From Macrostomum hystrix (Eukaryota; Animalia; Platyhelminthes), in NCBI GenBank assembly GCA_950097015.1, contig CATNEN010000041.1:2170001-2234000 (forward strand): a stretch of 64,000 bases of DNA, given 5' to 3'. Position 1 is the stretch's first letter; every line of letters starts with the position of its first letter. Below the pieces are notes generated by a model, which made no database searches, was not told the DNA's origin, and saw nothing but the letters and a program-made list of their open reading frames with translations. Positions 1 through 12,700 of the stretch are shown here, one piece after another. The translations under genes were made by a program, and so were the position numbers.

Positions 1-483
1 AGTCAACTCTGAGTAATTTGCTGTAACCGATACTAATTTATGTTTCTTAATTAATTGTTTCGATCTGGTGTATTGTAATTTTTTCTTCCTTTGCCCGAGA
101 TAATCTGAGCACCGCTTTCTTTAACAATTGTGCTTTCCTGTGTTTGACTCACCCGGCTGTGTCAATCACCTGGCTTTTTTAACTTTAAGGTTTTCATAAG
201 GGTGTTAGTCCAACCAACTATTCCCATACTAGTAGCATGCAGTTATTATTTGTGTGCCACAATGCACCATTTTGCTTTCTCTTGCAAAGTCTAACATGAC
301 CCGCCAACCACCCCACCTCCGTTGCCACATTTAAGGTTACTTTGACGACACCATCGACTGCAACTTCGTTGAAGTAATCGTGGAAGACTTTCCAAGGTTT
401 GTTACTGCTGTCAGTTGCACTGTTGCTGTTGTCTGTTTGTTGTTAAACTAGTGCTTTTCCACACTTTAACTGCTTCTATCCGT

Positions 484-2095
484 TCCTGATTCCCAGATTC
501 GATCCCAACCCTCCCTGATCTCAAATTCGATCCCAACCATTCCTGATTCTCAGATTCGATGCCAACCATTCCTGATTCCCAGATTCGATCCCAACCCTCC
601 CTGATCTCAAATTCGATCCCAACCATTCCTGATTCTCAGATTCGATCCCAACCATTCCTGATCCTCAGATTCGATCCCAACCATTCCTGATCCCCAGATT
701 CGATCCCAACCCTCCCTGATCTCAAATTCGATCCCAACCATTCCTGATTCTCAGATTCGATGCCAACCATCCCAGATCCTCAGATTTGATCCCAACCATT
801 CCTGATCCCCAGATTCGATCCCAACCATCCCAGATCCTCAGATTTGATCCCAACCATTCCTGATTCTCAGATTCGATGCCAACCATTCCTGATCCTCAGA
901 TTCGATCCCAACCATCCCAGATCCTCAGATTTGATCCCAGCCATTCCTGATTCTCAGATTCGATGCCAACCATTCCTGATCCTCAGATTTGATCCCAACC
1001 ATTCCTGATTCTCAGATTCGATCCCAACCATTCCAGATCCTCAGATTTGATCCCAACCATTCCTGATCCCCAGATTCGATCCCAACCATTCCTGATCCCC
1101 AGATTCGATCCCAACCATTCCTGATCCCCAGATTCGATCCCAACCATTCCAGATCCTCAGATTTGATCCCAACCATTCCTGATTCTCAGATTTGATCCCA
1201 ACCATTCCTGATTCTCAGATTCGATGCCAACCATTCCTGATCCTCAGATTCGATCCCAACCATCCCAGATCCTCAGATTTGATCCCAGCCATTCCTGATC
1301 CCCAGATTCGATCCCAACCATTCCTGATCCCCAGATTCGATCCCAACCATTCCTGATCCCCAGATTCGATCCCAACCATCCCAGATCCTCAGATTTGATC
1401 CCAACCATTCCTGATTCTCAGATTCGATGCCAACCATTCCTGATCCTCAGATTCGATGCCAACCATTCCTGATCCTCAGATTTGATCCCAACCATCCCAG
1501 ATCCTCAGATTTGATCCCAACCATTCCTGATTCTCAGATTCGATGCCAACCATTCCTGATCCTCAGATATGATCCCAACCATTCCTGATTCTCAGATTCG
1601 ATCCCAACCATTCCAGATCCTCAGATTTGATCCCAACCATTCCTGATTCTCAGATTCGATGCCAACCATTCCTGATCCTCAGATTCGATCCCAACCATTC
1701 CTGATTCTCAGATTCGATGCCAACCATTCCTGATCCTCAGATTCGATCCCAACCATTCCTGATCCCCAGATTCGATCCCAACCATTCCTGATCCCCAGAT
1801 TCGATCCCAACCATCCCAGATCCTCAGATTTGATCCCAACCATTCCTGATCCCCAGATTCGATCCCAACCATCCCAGATCCTCAGATTCGATCCCAACCA
1901 TTCCTGATCCCCAGATTCGATCCCAACCATCCCAGATCCTCAGATTTGATCCCAACCATTCCTGATCCCCAGATTCGATCCCAACCATTCCTGATCCCCA
2001 GGTTCAATCTGATCCCAAACCATTCCTGATCCCCAGGTTCGATCCCATCCCAAGCCATCCCTGATCCCCTGGTTCGATCTCAACCATCCCTGGTC
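484..2095. repeat. Minisatellite, 29-bp unit, about 55 copies
   Basis: Unit TGATCCTCAGATTCGATCCCAACCATTCC with variants. Confidence 0.95.
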
Positions 2096-2858
2096 CCCAT
2101 GTGTGACACCCTGTTTCAAATCTCATCTCCCCATGTCCCCAGTTGCACTCTAAATACTACTAGCTCTTGGTTTTCCTAAAAATTGTCTTTCTGATAAAAT
2201 ATCGGGCAGCTTTGAGTCCAATGAACTGCTCTTCTTTTAGTTTCTATTTGAATTGGGATTCCCAGTTCAAGAGGTGTACTGTCAGTCAGCTGATTAGGGT
2301 TGAGCACGGCAGTCTCGAGCAGTTCGGTCATCAGGCCCCATGCTTCTCAGATGATTCACAGAGGGCTTTTGTTGAATTAGCGGCTTTCAATTAGCTCCTG
2401 TCTCGCCTGGCCTGCCTTAGCTCACCTCTGCTGCGCCGCACTCTTGCAGCACTGCGGCTGGGGTGGCTGGGGTGGCTGGGGTAGACCTCGGCTGATCGCG
2501 GGCTGCGTACACCACCCTGCCACCGCCCGCCCCCCTCATTGCGATCTGCTGCTTCACGCTTGGCCGGCTCTTCTTTTCTCTTTGCGGGTCTCGCCTGTCC
2601 TGCCTCTCCGGGCGCCTCACCGGAGATTTCGGTGGGGCCTCCGCGCGTTCTGTCCCCCCGCACACCCAGGGCTGTTCCAAGCCGTGCGAAACGCCTCCCC
2701 CGCTCCGCTCTCTCCTGCCGTCCTGTAGTAGCAGCTCCGCCGCCTCTCCGACTGTCTCTGCATGGCGTGACTCAGTTTTCTTATATGGCCCGGTGTAGCC
2801 CACCGCCTTGCGTCCAGCCTGCCCCGCGCTTTCCCAATCGGATTTCCTGCTGTCCCAG

Positions 2859-5841
2859 CTGGGCTGGCAATGCGCAGCCCCTCCAGCACAATGGACTCGG
2901 CCGCCATGGTGCCGTCTCCGTCCTACCCACCTCCCGTGGCTCGGCGACCGCGGCCACCGCCACCTCCTGTGCCACCTGGCCCGGCTGCAGTCGTTGGCGG
3001 CTCCGCCTCCCTGCTGCTTCAGCAGCCGCCTTCAGAAGCCCAGCGGCCGCGGCCGGCGCCCCGGCTGTCGATTGAAGGATCCCGAGCTCTGCCCTACAGC
3101 AGATCTGACACTGCGCTCAGACCACCGCCTCCCGATGTGCTGATTGTGCCTGCCAACCTGCCGAGGTAGACAGAATTGCTGCACCTGCATCTCACTGCTC
3201 ACTGCTTGGATCCAGCCTCTTGGATCCAGCCCGCATTCTGCTGGCTTTGACCCCCCAGCAGTGCGGCCTCCTGGATCCAGCCCGCATTCTGCTGGCTGTG
3301 ACCCCCCAGCAGTGTGGCCTCCTGGATCCAGCCCGCATTCTGCTGGCTGTGACCCCCCAGCAGTGTGGCCTCCTGGATCCAGCCCGCATTCTGCTGGCTG
3401 TGACCCCCCAGAAGTGCGGCCTCCTGGATCCAGCCCGCATTCTGCTGGCTGTGACCCCCCAGCAGTGTGGCCTCTTGTCTTTGCACAGAGCTTAGAATTT
3501 AACTGACACATGCCACCGGATCTCAGTGCATTCCTACGGTAGACAGCCTAACCTCTGTGGGTACAGCTTTTAGCCTTATCTTTTGGCTCAACTTCAGTCT
3601 TTGATGATGATTGAATTCGGTGAGATTTCAGCCTGCGCACTTTTATCTGTGACTACTCTTATATTCTTATCGTTGTGCTGTTCTCACTGCCCATGAGTTT
3701 GCTCAAAATTGTAATTCCAATAAGTGGTGCTGTTCTGCAGTTGTAGTGAAAATGTAGCACTTTTAACTGCCCGCTAGCTATGGGGTTGTCGCTGACATAA
3801 AATACCCATCATATGCGTTGCCCTGCGGAATTAGGTGTTCAATCGCTTGGACTCTGACCCCGTGTCAGTGCGGTCTCCTGACTAGCAGGCTTAGGATTGT
3901 TTTTGTCTATATTGCTCTACCAGTTTGACCCACTGATCCAAAAAGGAACCCTACACCTGGTTCTGTTTATATTTATTGCTGTTGAGACAGCTTTCATGCG
4001 TGCACAATTTATTCTGTGCAAGCTCCTTACCGCCTTGTCTAGTGTTGGCAATACTGTCTCCTCTGCTCCAGTCTGTCCACCTACTCCTGTCTGTCCACCT
4101 ACTCCTTTCTGTCCACCTACTCCTGTCTGTCCACCTACTCCTGTCTGTCCGCCTACTCCTGTCTGTCCACCTACTCCTGTCTGTCCACCTACTCTTGTCT
4201 GTCCACCTACTCCTGTCTGTCCACCTACTCCTGTCAATGAGTTCTCCGTCAGTCACCAGGTGAGTCACATGTAATGCCCCACAGGGAGCCCCGCCTGGTG
4301 GCTCTGCGGCGCGGTCCCACCGGCCTCGGCTTCAATATTGTCGGCGGCGAGAACGGCGAGGGCATCTTCGTGAGCTTCATCTTGACGGGCGGCCCGGCGG
4401 ATCTCTCTCAGCAGCTGCACCGCGGCGACCAACTGCTGGCCGTGAACAGCGTCGACCTGACCGGCGCTACGCACGAGCAGGCCGCCCTGGCGCTGAAGGG
4501 CGCCGGCGAGACCGCCCAGCTGCTGGTGGCCTACAGGCCTGAGGACTACAACCGCTTCGAGGCCCGGGTGCAGGTGAGCCCTGGCGTCTCCTTAGGGCTC
4601 AGAGCTGATTCACGACTAAACATTAGGAGCTGTGGAGGTTGAAGACCCAATCTGAGGATCTGGGGAGGTTGAAGACCCAATCTGAGGATCTGTGGAATTA
4701 AAGACCCAATCTGAGGATCTGTGGAATTAAAGACCCAATCTGAGGATCTGGGGAGGTTGAAGACCCAATCTGAGGATCTGTGGAGTTAAAGACCCAATCT
4801 GAGGATCTGGGGAGGTTGAAGACCCAATCTGAGGATCTGGGGAGGTTGAAGACCCAATCTGAGGATCTGTGGAATTAAAGACCCAATCTGAGGATCTGTG
4901 GAATTAAAGACCCAATCTGAGGATCTGGGGAGGTTGAAGACCCAATCTGAGGATCTGTGGAGTTAAAGACCCAATCTGAGGATCTGGGGAGGTTGAAGAC
5001 CCAATCTGAGGATCTGGGGAGGTTGAAGACCCAATCTGAGGATCTGGGGAGGTTGAAGACCCAATCTGAGGATCTGGGGAGTTAAAGACCCAATCTGAGG
5101 ATCTGTGGAGTTAAAGACCCAATCTGAGGATCTGTGGAGTTAAAGACCCAATCTGAGGATCTGTGGAGTTAATGACCCAATCTGAGGATCTGTGGAGGTT
5201 GAAGACCCAATCTGAGGATCTGTGGAGATTGAAGGATCTCCCAATCCCAACCTCCATGGGGAGGTTAGAGACCCAATCTGGGGATCTTGGGAGGTTGAAG
5301 ACCCAATATGAGGATCTGGGGAGGTTGAAGAAGACTAGGGATCACAGTGTCCACCAGGAAACGGGCTGATTGAATTCCGCACTAAAATGACCCGCAACTC
5401 CGCAGGATCTGCGCGACCAGATGCTGACGGGCAGCACCGGCGCTCTGCGCACCACGCAGAAGCGCAGCCTGTACGTCCGCGCCCTGTTCGACTACGACCC
5501 GCTGAAAGACACCGGCCTGCCGAACCGCGGCGTCGCCTTCCAGCAGGGCGACATCCTGCACGTGACCAACGCATCCGACGACGAGTGGTGGCAGGCCCGC
5601 CTGGTGGCCTGCGCCGCCAACGGTGGGGACCCGCCGTCTGCTGCGGAACAAGCGGCCGCCTTCGGCATCATCCCGTCCAGGCGGCGCGTGGAGCGGCGAG
5701 AGCGGGCCAAGCTGCGCAAGGTTAGGCTGGAGAATGTTTTGTCTGTTCGGATTGAATCTGGCTGTGGAACCTGAGGCTTGTTACAGAGTTCGTTTCTCTT
5801 CTCAAATATATTATTTTCAGGTGAACTTTAACAGTCAGCAA

Positions 5842-5890
<49 letters not shown>

Positions 5891-7787
5891 CCAGCTCCAT
5901 CGACCAGAGCCTGGCCTCAAGCAACAACAGCCGGAGCAGCGGCGGCAGCGGCGGAGGCAGCAGCACCCTGGAGAAGAAGAAGAAGGCCTCCCTGCTGAGA
6001 AAGCTGCACCTCAAGTCCGGCAAGGACGGCACTGCGGGCAGCCTGGACAGCTGCGAGTCTGTCCAGCAGCAGCAGCAGCAGCCGCCCTCCGAAGACGCGG
6101 CCTCGGCCGGCAACCTCTCCGACTCGCACGTCGCCGTGCCAACCTACGAGGCAGTGCAGCAGCTGGACATCCGCCTGGCCCGGCCGGTCATCATCCTCGG
6201 CCCGCTGAAGGACCAGCTTAACGACGCCCTGATTGGCCAGTTCCCCGACCGCTTCAGCAGTTGCGTCCCGCACACCACCCGGCCGCCGCGCGACGGCGAG
6301 ACCGACGGCCGGGAGTACCACTTCGTGGCCAGCCGGGAGCAGATGGAGCGGGACATTGCCGAGCACCTGTTTATCGAGGCCGGCCAGTACAACGGAAACC
6401 TGTACGGCACCAGCGTCAATAGCGTCCGGCGGGTGGCGCAGAGCGGCCGTCATTGCATCCTGGACGTTTCCGGCAACGCCATCCGGCGTCTGGAGGCGGC
6501 CGGTTTGCCTCCCATTGCCATCTTCGTGCGCGCCGCCTCGCTGGAGAATCTGGCGCAACTGCGGCGCGGCCTGAGCGAGGAGCAGGCCAGGAAACTCATG
6601 GACCGCTCCGCCCGCACCGAGGCCGAGTTCTCCGCCTATTTTACAGGTGAGGCGTCCGGCTGGATGACTCATCCTTAATTTGCTTGTTATACCCTCAGGC
6701 TGACCCAAAGTCTTCCCCTAACCCTCAGGCTGACCCAAAGTCTTCCACTAACCCTCAGGCTGACCCAAAGTCTTCCACTAACCCTCAGGCTGACCCAAAG
6801 TCTTCCCCTAACCCTCAGGCTGACCCAAAGTCTTCCACTAACCCTCAGGCTGACCCAAAGTCTTCCACTAACCCTCAGGCTGACCCAAAGTCTTCCACTA
6901 ACCCTCAGGCTGACCCAAAGTCTTCCACTAACCCTCAGGCTGACCCAAAGTCTTCCACTAACCCTCAGGCTGACCCAAAGTCTTCCACTAACCCTCAGGC
7001 TGACCCAAAGTCTTCCACTAACCCTCAGGCTGACCCAAAGTCTTCCACTAACCCTCAGGCTGACCCAAAGTCTTCCACTAACCCTCAGGCTGACCCAAAG
7101 TCTTCCACTAACCCTCAGGCTGACCCAAAGTCTTCCACTAACCCTCAGGCTGACCCAAAGTCTTCCCCTAACCCTCAGGCTGACCCAAAGTCTTCCACTA
7201 ACCCTCAGGCTGACCCAAAGTCTTCCCCTAACCCTCAGGCTGACCCAAAGTCTTCCACTAACCCTCAGGCTGACCCAAAGTCTTCCACTAACCCTCAGGC
7301 TGACCCAAAGTCTTCCCCTAACCCTCAGGCTGACCCAAAGTCTTCCCCTAACCCTCAGGCTGACCCAAAGTCTTCCCCTAACCCTCAGGCTGACCCAAAG
7401 TCTTCCCCTAACCCTCAGACTGACCCAAAGTCTTCCACTAACCCTCAGACTGACCCAAAGTCTTCCCCTAACCCTCAGACTGACCCAAAGTCTTCCCCTA
7501 ACCCTCAGACTGACCCAAAGTCTTCCCCTAACCCTCAGACTGACCCAAAGTCTTCCCCTAACCCTCAGACTGACCCCAAGTCTTCCCCGGATTCTGTGGC
7601 CGGTCCCACACGCTCTCCAGATTCAATTGAGTGTGCAGCCAGTCACTGCCACCCATCCACCCCCTGATGCCTTTCAGCAACAGTTTCCGGCCAGTCATTC
7701 GATGAGATCTTCTCCCAGGTGAAGCGGGTCATCGCCGCCCAGTCGGACCGGCCCGTGTGGGTCACCTGCCGAGATGAGGATATCTGA
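2859..7787 (+). CDS. DLG1: Discs-large MAGUK scaffold (PDZ3-SH3-HOOK-GK), 5' end probably outside or unresolved
   Basis: Exons 2859?-3165 (Pro-rich, ends ANLPR, phase 2), 4285-4573 (PDZ: [22 protein letters not shown]), 5406-5720 (SH3: [19 protein letters not shown]), 5821-6646 (HOOK plus GK: [38 protein letters not shown]) and 7678-7787 ([32 protein letters not shown] 7785-7787). All GT-AG junctions are phase-compatible. PDZ1/2 are not seen, so the first exon boundary is less certain. Confidence 0.93.
3207..3473. repeat. Minisatellite, 51-bp unit, about 5 copies (DLG intron)
   Basis: Unit CTGGATCCAGCCCGCATTCTGCTGGCTGTGACCCCCCAGCAGTGTGGCCTC. Confidence 0.93.
4070..4233. repeat. Minisatellite, 18-bp unit, about 9 copies (DLG intron)
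   Basis: Unit GTCTGTCCACCTACTCCT. Confidence 0.93.
4628..5332. repeat. Minisatellite, 29/30-bp unit, about 24 copies (DLG intron)
   Basis: Unit GACCCAATCTGAGGATCTGGGGAGGTTGAA with a 29-bp variant. Confidence 0.94.
5836..5889 (+). repeat. Coding CAG/CAA trinucleotide tract (18 Gln) in the DLG HOOK region
   Basis: 18 consecutive CAG/CAA codons after VNFNS in exon 5821-6646. Confidence 0.92.
6691..7588. repeat. Minisatellite, 30-bp unit, about 30 copies (DLG last intron)
   Basis: Unit ACCCTCAGGCTGACCCAAAGTCTTCC(A/C)CTA. Confidence 0.96.
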
Positions 7788-9344
7788 GCACCTTCCGCCC
7801 AGTCCCCCGAGCCTTCCATGGAGCAGCAAGCAGCGAACGAACGGCTTTTATTAGGCTTATTTCATGTTATCCAGTGCATTCGTGAATGCTTGACTCCGAT
7901 CCGCCGCCTGTGCGGTTTTTGCTTGCCTGCTGGCTGATCTGGGTCTTGAGAATGCCACTCTGATCACAGAATCCCAGGTGCAGCCAGTAGCGCCAGGTCA
8001 CAGGTATTATCAAGGCAACTGTAATGCTCGTTTTAAAAGGCTTCTGTATTTTATAATTAAGCATATAATAGTTCCTACTCTCATAACACATTTATAAATT
8101 GCATTGCCATCCTCATACTAACTGATAGTAACTGTATTGCTGCTACTTTTTATCACTGATTTTAAACACCCATGCTCAAACTAGGCGGCAGCAGACCCTC
8201 CGAGTTTGCAGTCGCTCACAATTTTCTGGGAAGCAGTATTCTCATCACCTAAAGCTATAGAGCTATCAGACCCAGAATTTGAGTCAGACAAGTCAGTCAA
8301 TCACTTAAAGGGGCCTCAGCCTCACCCGGCATCTTAATGTTTCTTAGCGGCAGTAGCAGTTCACTTGTCTCAGCTTGTGTTCATTATCGCGTACTTATCA
8401 TTTATTTTATTCGCGTTAACAAAAGAATGCTTACAAATCGAATAACTACTCTAAATGCTTTGCTACTTACTGCCAGTAGTCTGTGACCCACAGCGCAGAT
8501 TTTGCACTAAAAGTGTGGAATAAAATGCGCGCTGTTATTTTTTAAGTGAAAACTCATCCGACTTTCCTTGGCTTTTAAATAACTGCTCCTGATTAAAAGC
8601 GAGTGGACGAAGGACTGGCAAGCAGAACCGATGCGAGTTTGCCTAATTAGTTCATTGTTGACAACTAGGCGAACTGTTTGAGTACTGCTCCGATTCAGTC
8701 TTAATCATCTTAATCATTAAAATGATGTTTTAATCATCATTTCATTCTGGACATCCCCCTACTGGCCTGGGAGTAAATGTGACTCCATGAGCAACTCACG
8801 GCTGTTGAATTCTGTTTTCTATAGTAACAAGCAAGCAATTATGTCATTAATCTGCGCAATCGTTCTATTTGCAGTCCAAACCGTATTGAATGCGATAATA
8901 CATGATGCAGGGTAATACATTTCAGGCATAGAAAACTGGCCATCGCAGCACGTGGATAAAAATGTTCACATTTCTATTGAGAGAGTAATTAATTTTTAGT
9001 TCAGTTGCGCAAATCCGGAAATATCGATTGTCTTTCTACCGTAATACGCCTCAGAGCGATGACCTAGTTTAAATGGTTTGAGGCTAAAAAACAAGTTTTA
9101 ACTACTTTTAACTGTATATTATGGTAAAACATCAAGTAAAAGCAGAATATTTGTTGGCAAATAAGAGTTTGAACTTTATACAATGAAAACAAAGGGGGGC
9201 ATGCAGGACACAGACAAAACGTTTGATACTATTTGATCAAATGACAAACGATTACGACAAAGATTAAAGCTTATCACAGTTTAGCAAAATAATAGCAGCA
9301 AGATAATCACTGAAAATCATTGACCCTTGTTGGAGCTTCAATGC

Positions 9345-9600
9345 AGTGGTGACAGTCAGTGAAACCCAGAGGGTGTCAGCCTTAAAAGCAATGGTGTCAG
9401 TCACCGAGACCCAGTGGGTGTCAGCTTCAAGGCAGTGGTGACAGTCACTGAGACCCAGTGGGTGCCAGCTTCAAGGCAGTGGTGACAGTCAGTGAAACTC
9501 AGAGGGTGTCAGCCTTAAAAGCAGTGGTGTCAGTCACTGAGACCCAGTGGGTGTCAGGTTCAAGGCAGTGGTGACAGTCACTGAGACCCAGTGTGTGTCT
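9345..9600. repeat. Degenerate minisatellite, about 44-bp unit, about 6 copies
   Basis: Unit approximately CAGTGGTGACAGTCACTGAGACCCAGTGGGTGTCAGCTTCAAGG, between the DLG and ATG16L1 3' ends. Confidence 0.85.
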
Positions 9601-9738
9601 GAGCTTCACACCAAGAGTCACAAAATCGAAGTTGGGACAGAAATGTGTTTCAGAAGAGGCAGGACAGGACAGCGGTTTTCGATTTCAGAGTACAAGAGAA
9701 CAGTTGTCAGGGCAAGATCATTGCTGCAGCAACAGGTG

Positions 9739-12700
9739 TCAGGCCCACAGGCACAGGTGGCGGGCCCTGTCACAGGTGGCCACACAGCCGCCGCCAGGGT
9801 GCCAGGAGACGCCGATGATGGTGGCGGCCTGCGATTGGTCGGGCTGCAGGCGGGCCTCCAGCTTGCCGCTGACGGCATTCCAGACGAACAGCTCGCCGTG
9901 CTCCGTGCCAGCGGCGGCGTACTGCCCGTCCGGGCTGAAGGAGCAGCCTGCGTGGTCCAGGCCGATGTGAAAGCCGTCGGCGCGGAGGTCGTGCAGCTGC
10001 AAGCGGGATCGCAGGTCCAGCACGCAAAGCTGGTCGTCCCGGGTGGCGGCCAGCACCTGCGGATTGCGAATCGGACGACTGCTTGCTGTGCCTGGGAGGG
10101 CGAGTAAGTAAACAAGCCAGTTGCTCACCTTGAAGCCGTCCGTCGCCACGTCCAGGCCAGTAACCTTGCCGGCCAGCTGCATCTCCCCGACGCTGCTCTC
10201 GCCTCGGCAGTCGTACAGGCGGACCTTTTTGTCAAAGTGGCCGCTGACGATGAGGTCGTTAAGGCTAGGAGACACGGCCAGGTCGTTGCAGGAGGAGCCG
10301 GCGAACACAGTCTTCACGCAGGCCCGGCTGCGCAGGTCCCACAGCTTCAAGGTGCGGTCGTGGCTGCCCGTCACTAGGCGGTTGCTAAAGCCCAGGAAGC
10401 CGGCCGCAAGCACCTGGTGGAGGGGAGCAGGGAAGCGCTACTTAAATAAGTCTGTCTAGAAAGATTGCAGTTAATTATCTTCAGTGTCAGTGTGAGCGCA
10501 GTGTGAGCAGTGGAGCTTGAGCCCTATCACAGCAGTGAGGTGTGCAGCAGGCCACACCTTGTTGCTGTGTCCAGTCAGGCATGCTCGCATCCGCTGGTCT
10601 GCGTAGCTCCAGACCCGCACAGCGAAGTCGCTGGAAGGCGCGGCCAGCAGCTGGTCCTCGGAGTCAAAGCACACGCTGTTGACGCTGGCGTTGCTGCCAG
10701 TGAGGCAGCCGCGCGACTCGAAGCGCCCGCCGCTGATCGCCCAGAGCTTCACCTTGCGGTCGGTGCCAGCGGTGGCGAGTAGTCGGCCGGAGGGCGACCA
10801 TCGGACTCCGTTGACTTCGCCTTCGTGTGCGGCGTCCATCGCACAGTCCAGCCGGCGAGGCAGGCAGACGACGCCTCCGCCGCCGCTGTAGCCGGGCGAT
10901 GCGTCGCCGCCGGACGCGTCGAGGTTAACGGTGACGGGCTCGTTGGCCGCCTCCTCCAGCTCGCGGCGAACTCGCTCCTGGCGTCAGGGAGGGGCGGGTG
11001 GAATGGCTCGAAATGATGCGGGCCACCTGAGCATCTGGCACGGTGGATATCACCTGAGGATCTGGCAGGGTGGTAGCCACCTGAGGATCTGGCAGGGTGG
11101 AAGCCACCTGAGGATCTGGCAGGTTGGAAGCCACCTGAGGATCTGGCAGGGTGGTAGCCACCTGAGGATCTGGCAGGGTGGTAGCCACCTGAGGATCTGG
11201 CAGAGTGGTAGCCACCTGAGGATCTGGCAGGGTGGTAGCCACCTGAGGATCTGGCAGGGTGGTAGCCACCTGAGGATCTGGCAGGGTGGTAGCCACCTGA
11301 GGATCTGGCAGGGTGGTAGCCACCTGAGGATCTGGCAGGGTGGTAGCCACCTGAGGATCTGGCAGGGTGGTAGCCACCTGAGGATCTGGCAGGGTGGTAG
11401 CCACCTGAGGATCTGGCAGGGTGGTAGCCACCTGAGGATCTGGCAGGGTGGTAGCCACCTGAGGATCTGGCAGGGTGGTAGCCACCTGAGGATCTGGCAG
11501 GGTGGTAGCCACCTGAGGATCTGGCAGGGTGGTAGCCACCTGAGGATCTGGCAGGGTGGTAGCCACCTGAGGATCTGGCAGGGTGGTAGCCACCTGAGGA
11601 TCTGGCAGGGTGGTAGCCACCTGAGGATCTGGCAGGGTGGTAGCCACCTGAGGATCTGGCAGGGTGGTAGCCACCTGAGGATCTGGCAGGGTGGTAGCCA
11701 CCTGAGGATCTGGCAGGGTGGTAGCCACCTGAGGATCTGGCAGGGTGGTAGCCACCTGAGGATCTGGCAGGGTGGTAGCCACCTGAGGATCTGGCAGGGT
11801 GGTAGCCACCTGAGGATCTGGCAGGGTGGTAGCCACCTGAGGATCTGGCAGGGTGGTAGCCACCTGAGGATCTGGCAGGGTGGTAGCCACCTGAGGATCT
11901 GGCAGGGTGGTAGCCACCTGAGGATCTGGCAGGGTGGTAGCCACCTGAGGATCTGGCAGGGTGGTAGCCACCAGAAAGGCTAGCTGAGAAATTCTCACCT
12001 GCTGCTTCTTCAGCGCCTCCTCGTTCTGCTTGTTGACTTTGGTGGCCAGCTTCCCCTTGTGCTCCATCCAGCGCTGGATGAGGTCGGCATTCTCATCCGC
12101 CAACCGCTTCATGCTGGCCTCAATTTGATTGTAGGCCAGCTGGTTGGCTTGCAGCTCATCCGTGAGGGTCTGGTTGGTGTCCCGCAGTTGCTCGACGTCC
12201 AGGCGAAGTCGCTGCAGTTCGTCCTGCAGTTCGGCGGCCCGTCGCTTCGAAGCCAGCAGCTGTGCGTCGCGAGACTGCAGCTCGCGGTCCTTCTCGTGCA
12301 GATCACTGAGCAGCGCGTGCAGCTGGGTGTTCAGGCGGTCCTTCTCGCGCAGAAACTCCAGCTCGCGCTCCTGCAGGGCCCGCTGCTTTTGCTCCATCAG
12401 CTGGGCGGAGAGGCCGCCGCTCTTCATGCTGCAGTTGGGACAAATCATAATAAATAAATAATCAACTACTTTTACTGAGAAGTCTTGGATGCGACTATCC
12501 ATTAATAGGCATGCTGCATGTGACAATGGCACCTAATCAGGATTCAATAGGCCACAGAGCATGCTGCATGTGACAATGGCACCTAATCAGGATTCAATAG
12601 GCCACAGAGCATGCTGCATGTGACAATGGCACCTAATCAGGATTCAATAGGCCACAGAGCATGCTGCATGTGACAATGGCACCTAATCAGGATTCAATAG

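Noticed and set aside
4235-4284. Extra DLG micro-exon suggested by CAG|GTGAGT at 4258-4266
   Set aside because: It would leave a 24-nt intron before the 4285 acceptor, and exons 3165 and 4285 already join in phase to give the conserved PREPR sequence.
6691-7588. Interstitial telomere (TAACCC in every unit)
   Set aside because: Only one hexamer, or CCCTAACCCT, per 30-bp unit, and no tandem TTAGGG tract.
6684-7667. 327-aa ORF of [10 protein letters not shown] repeats
   Set aside because: Translation of a 30-bp intronic minisatellite inside the DLG intron bounded by the donor at 6647 and acceptor at 7677.
9547-10891. Plus-strand ORFs overlapping the WD40 exons (and similar antisense ORFs over DLG, AP2M1, SLC38A9 and the STAND genes)
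   Set aside because: Shadow ORFs produced by GC3-rich coding on the opposite strand.
10925-11998. VATTLPDPQ repeat tail of the 535-aa ORF and its antisense ORF
   Set aside because: Read-through into ATG16L1 intron 3. The 1021-nt intron is not a multiple of 3, and the conserved protein resumes at 10977 in another frame.
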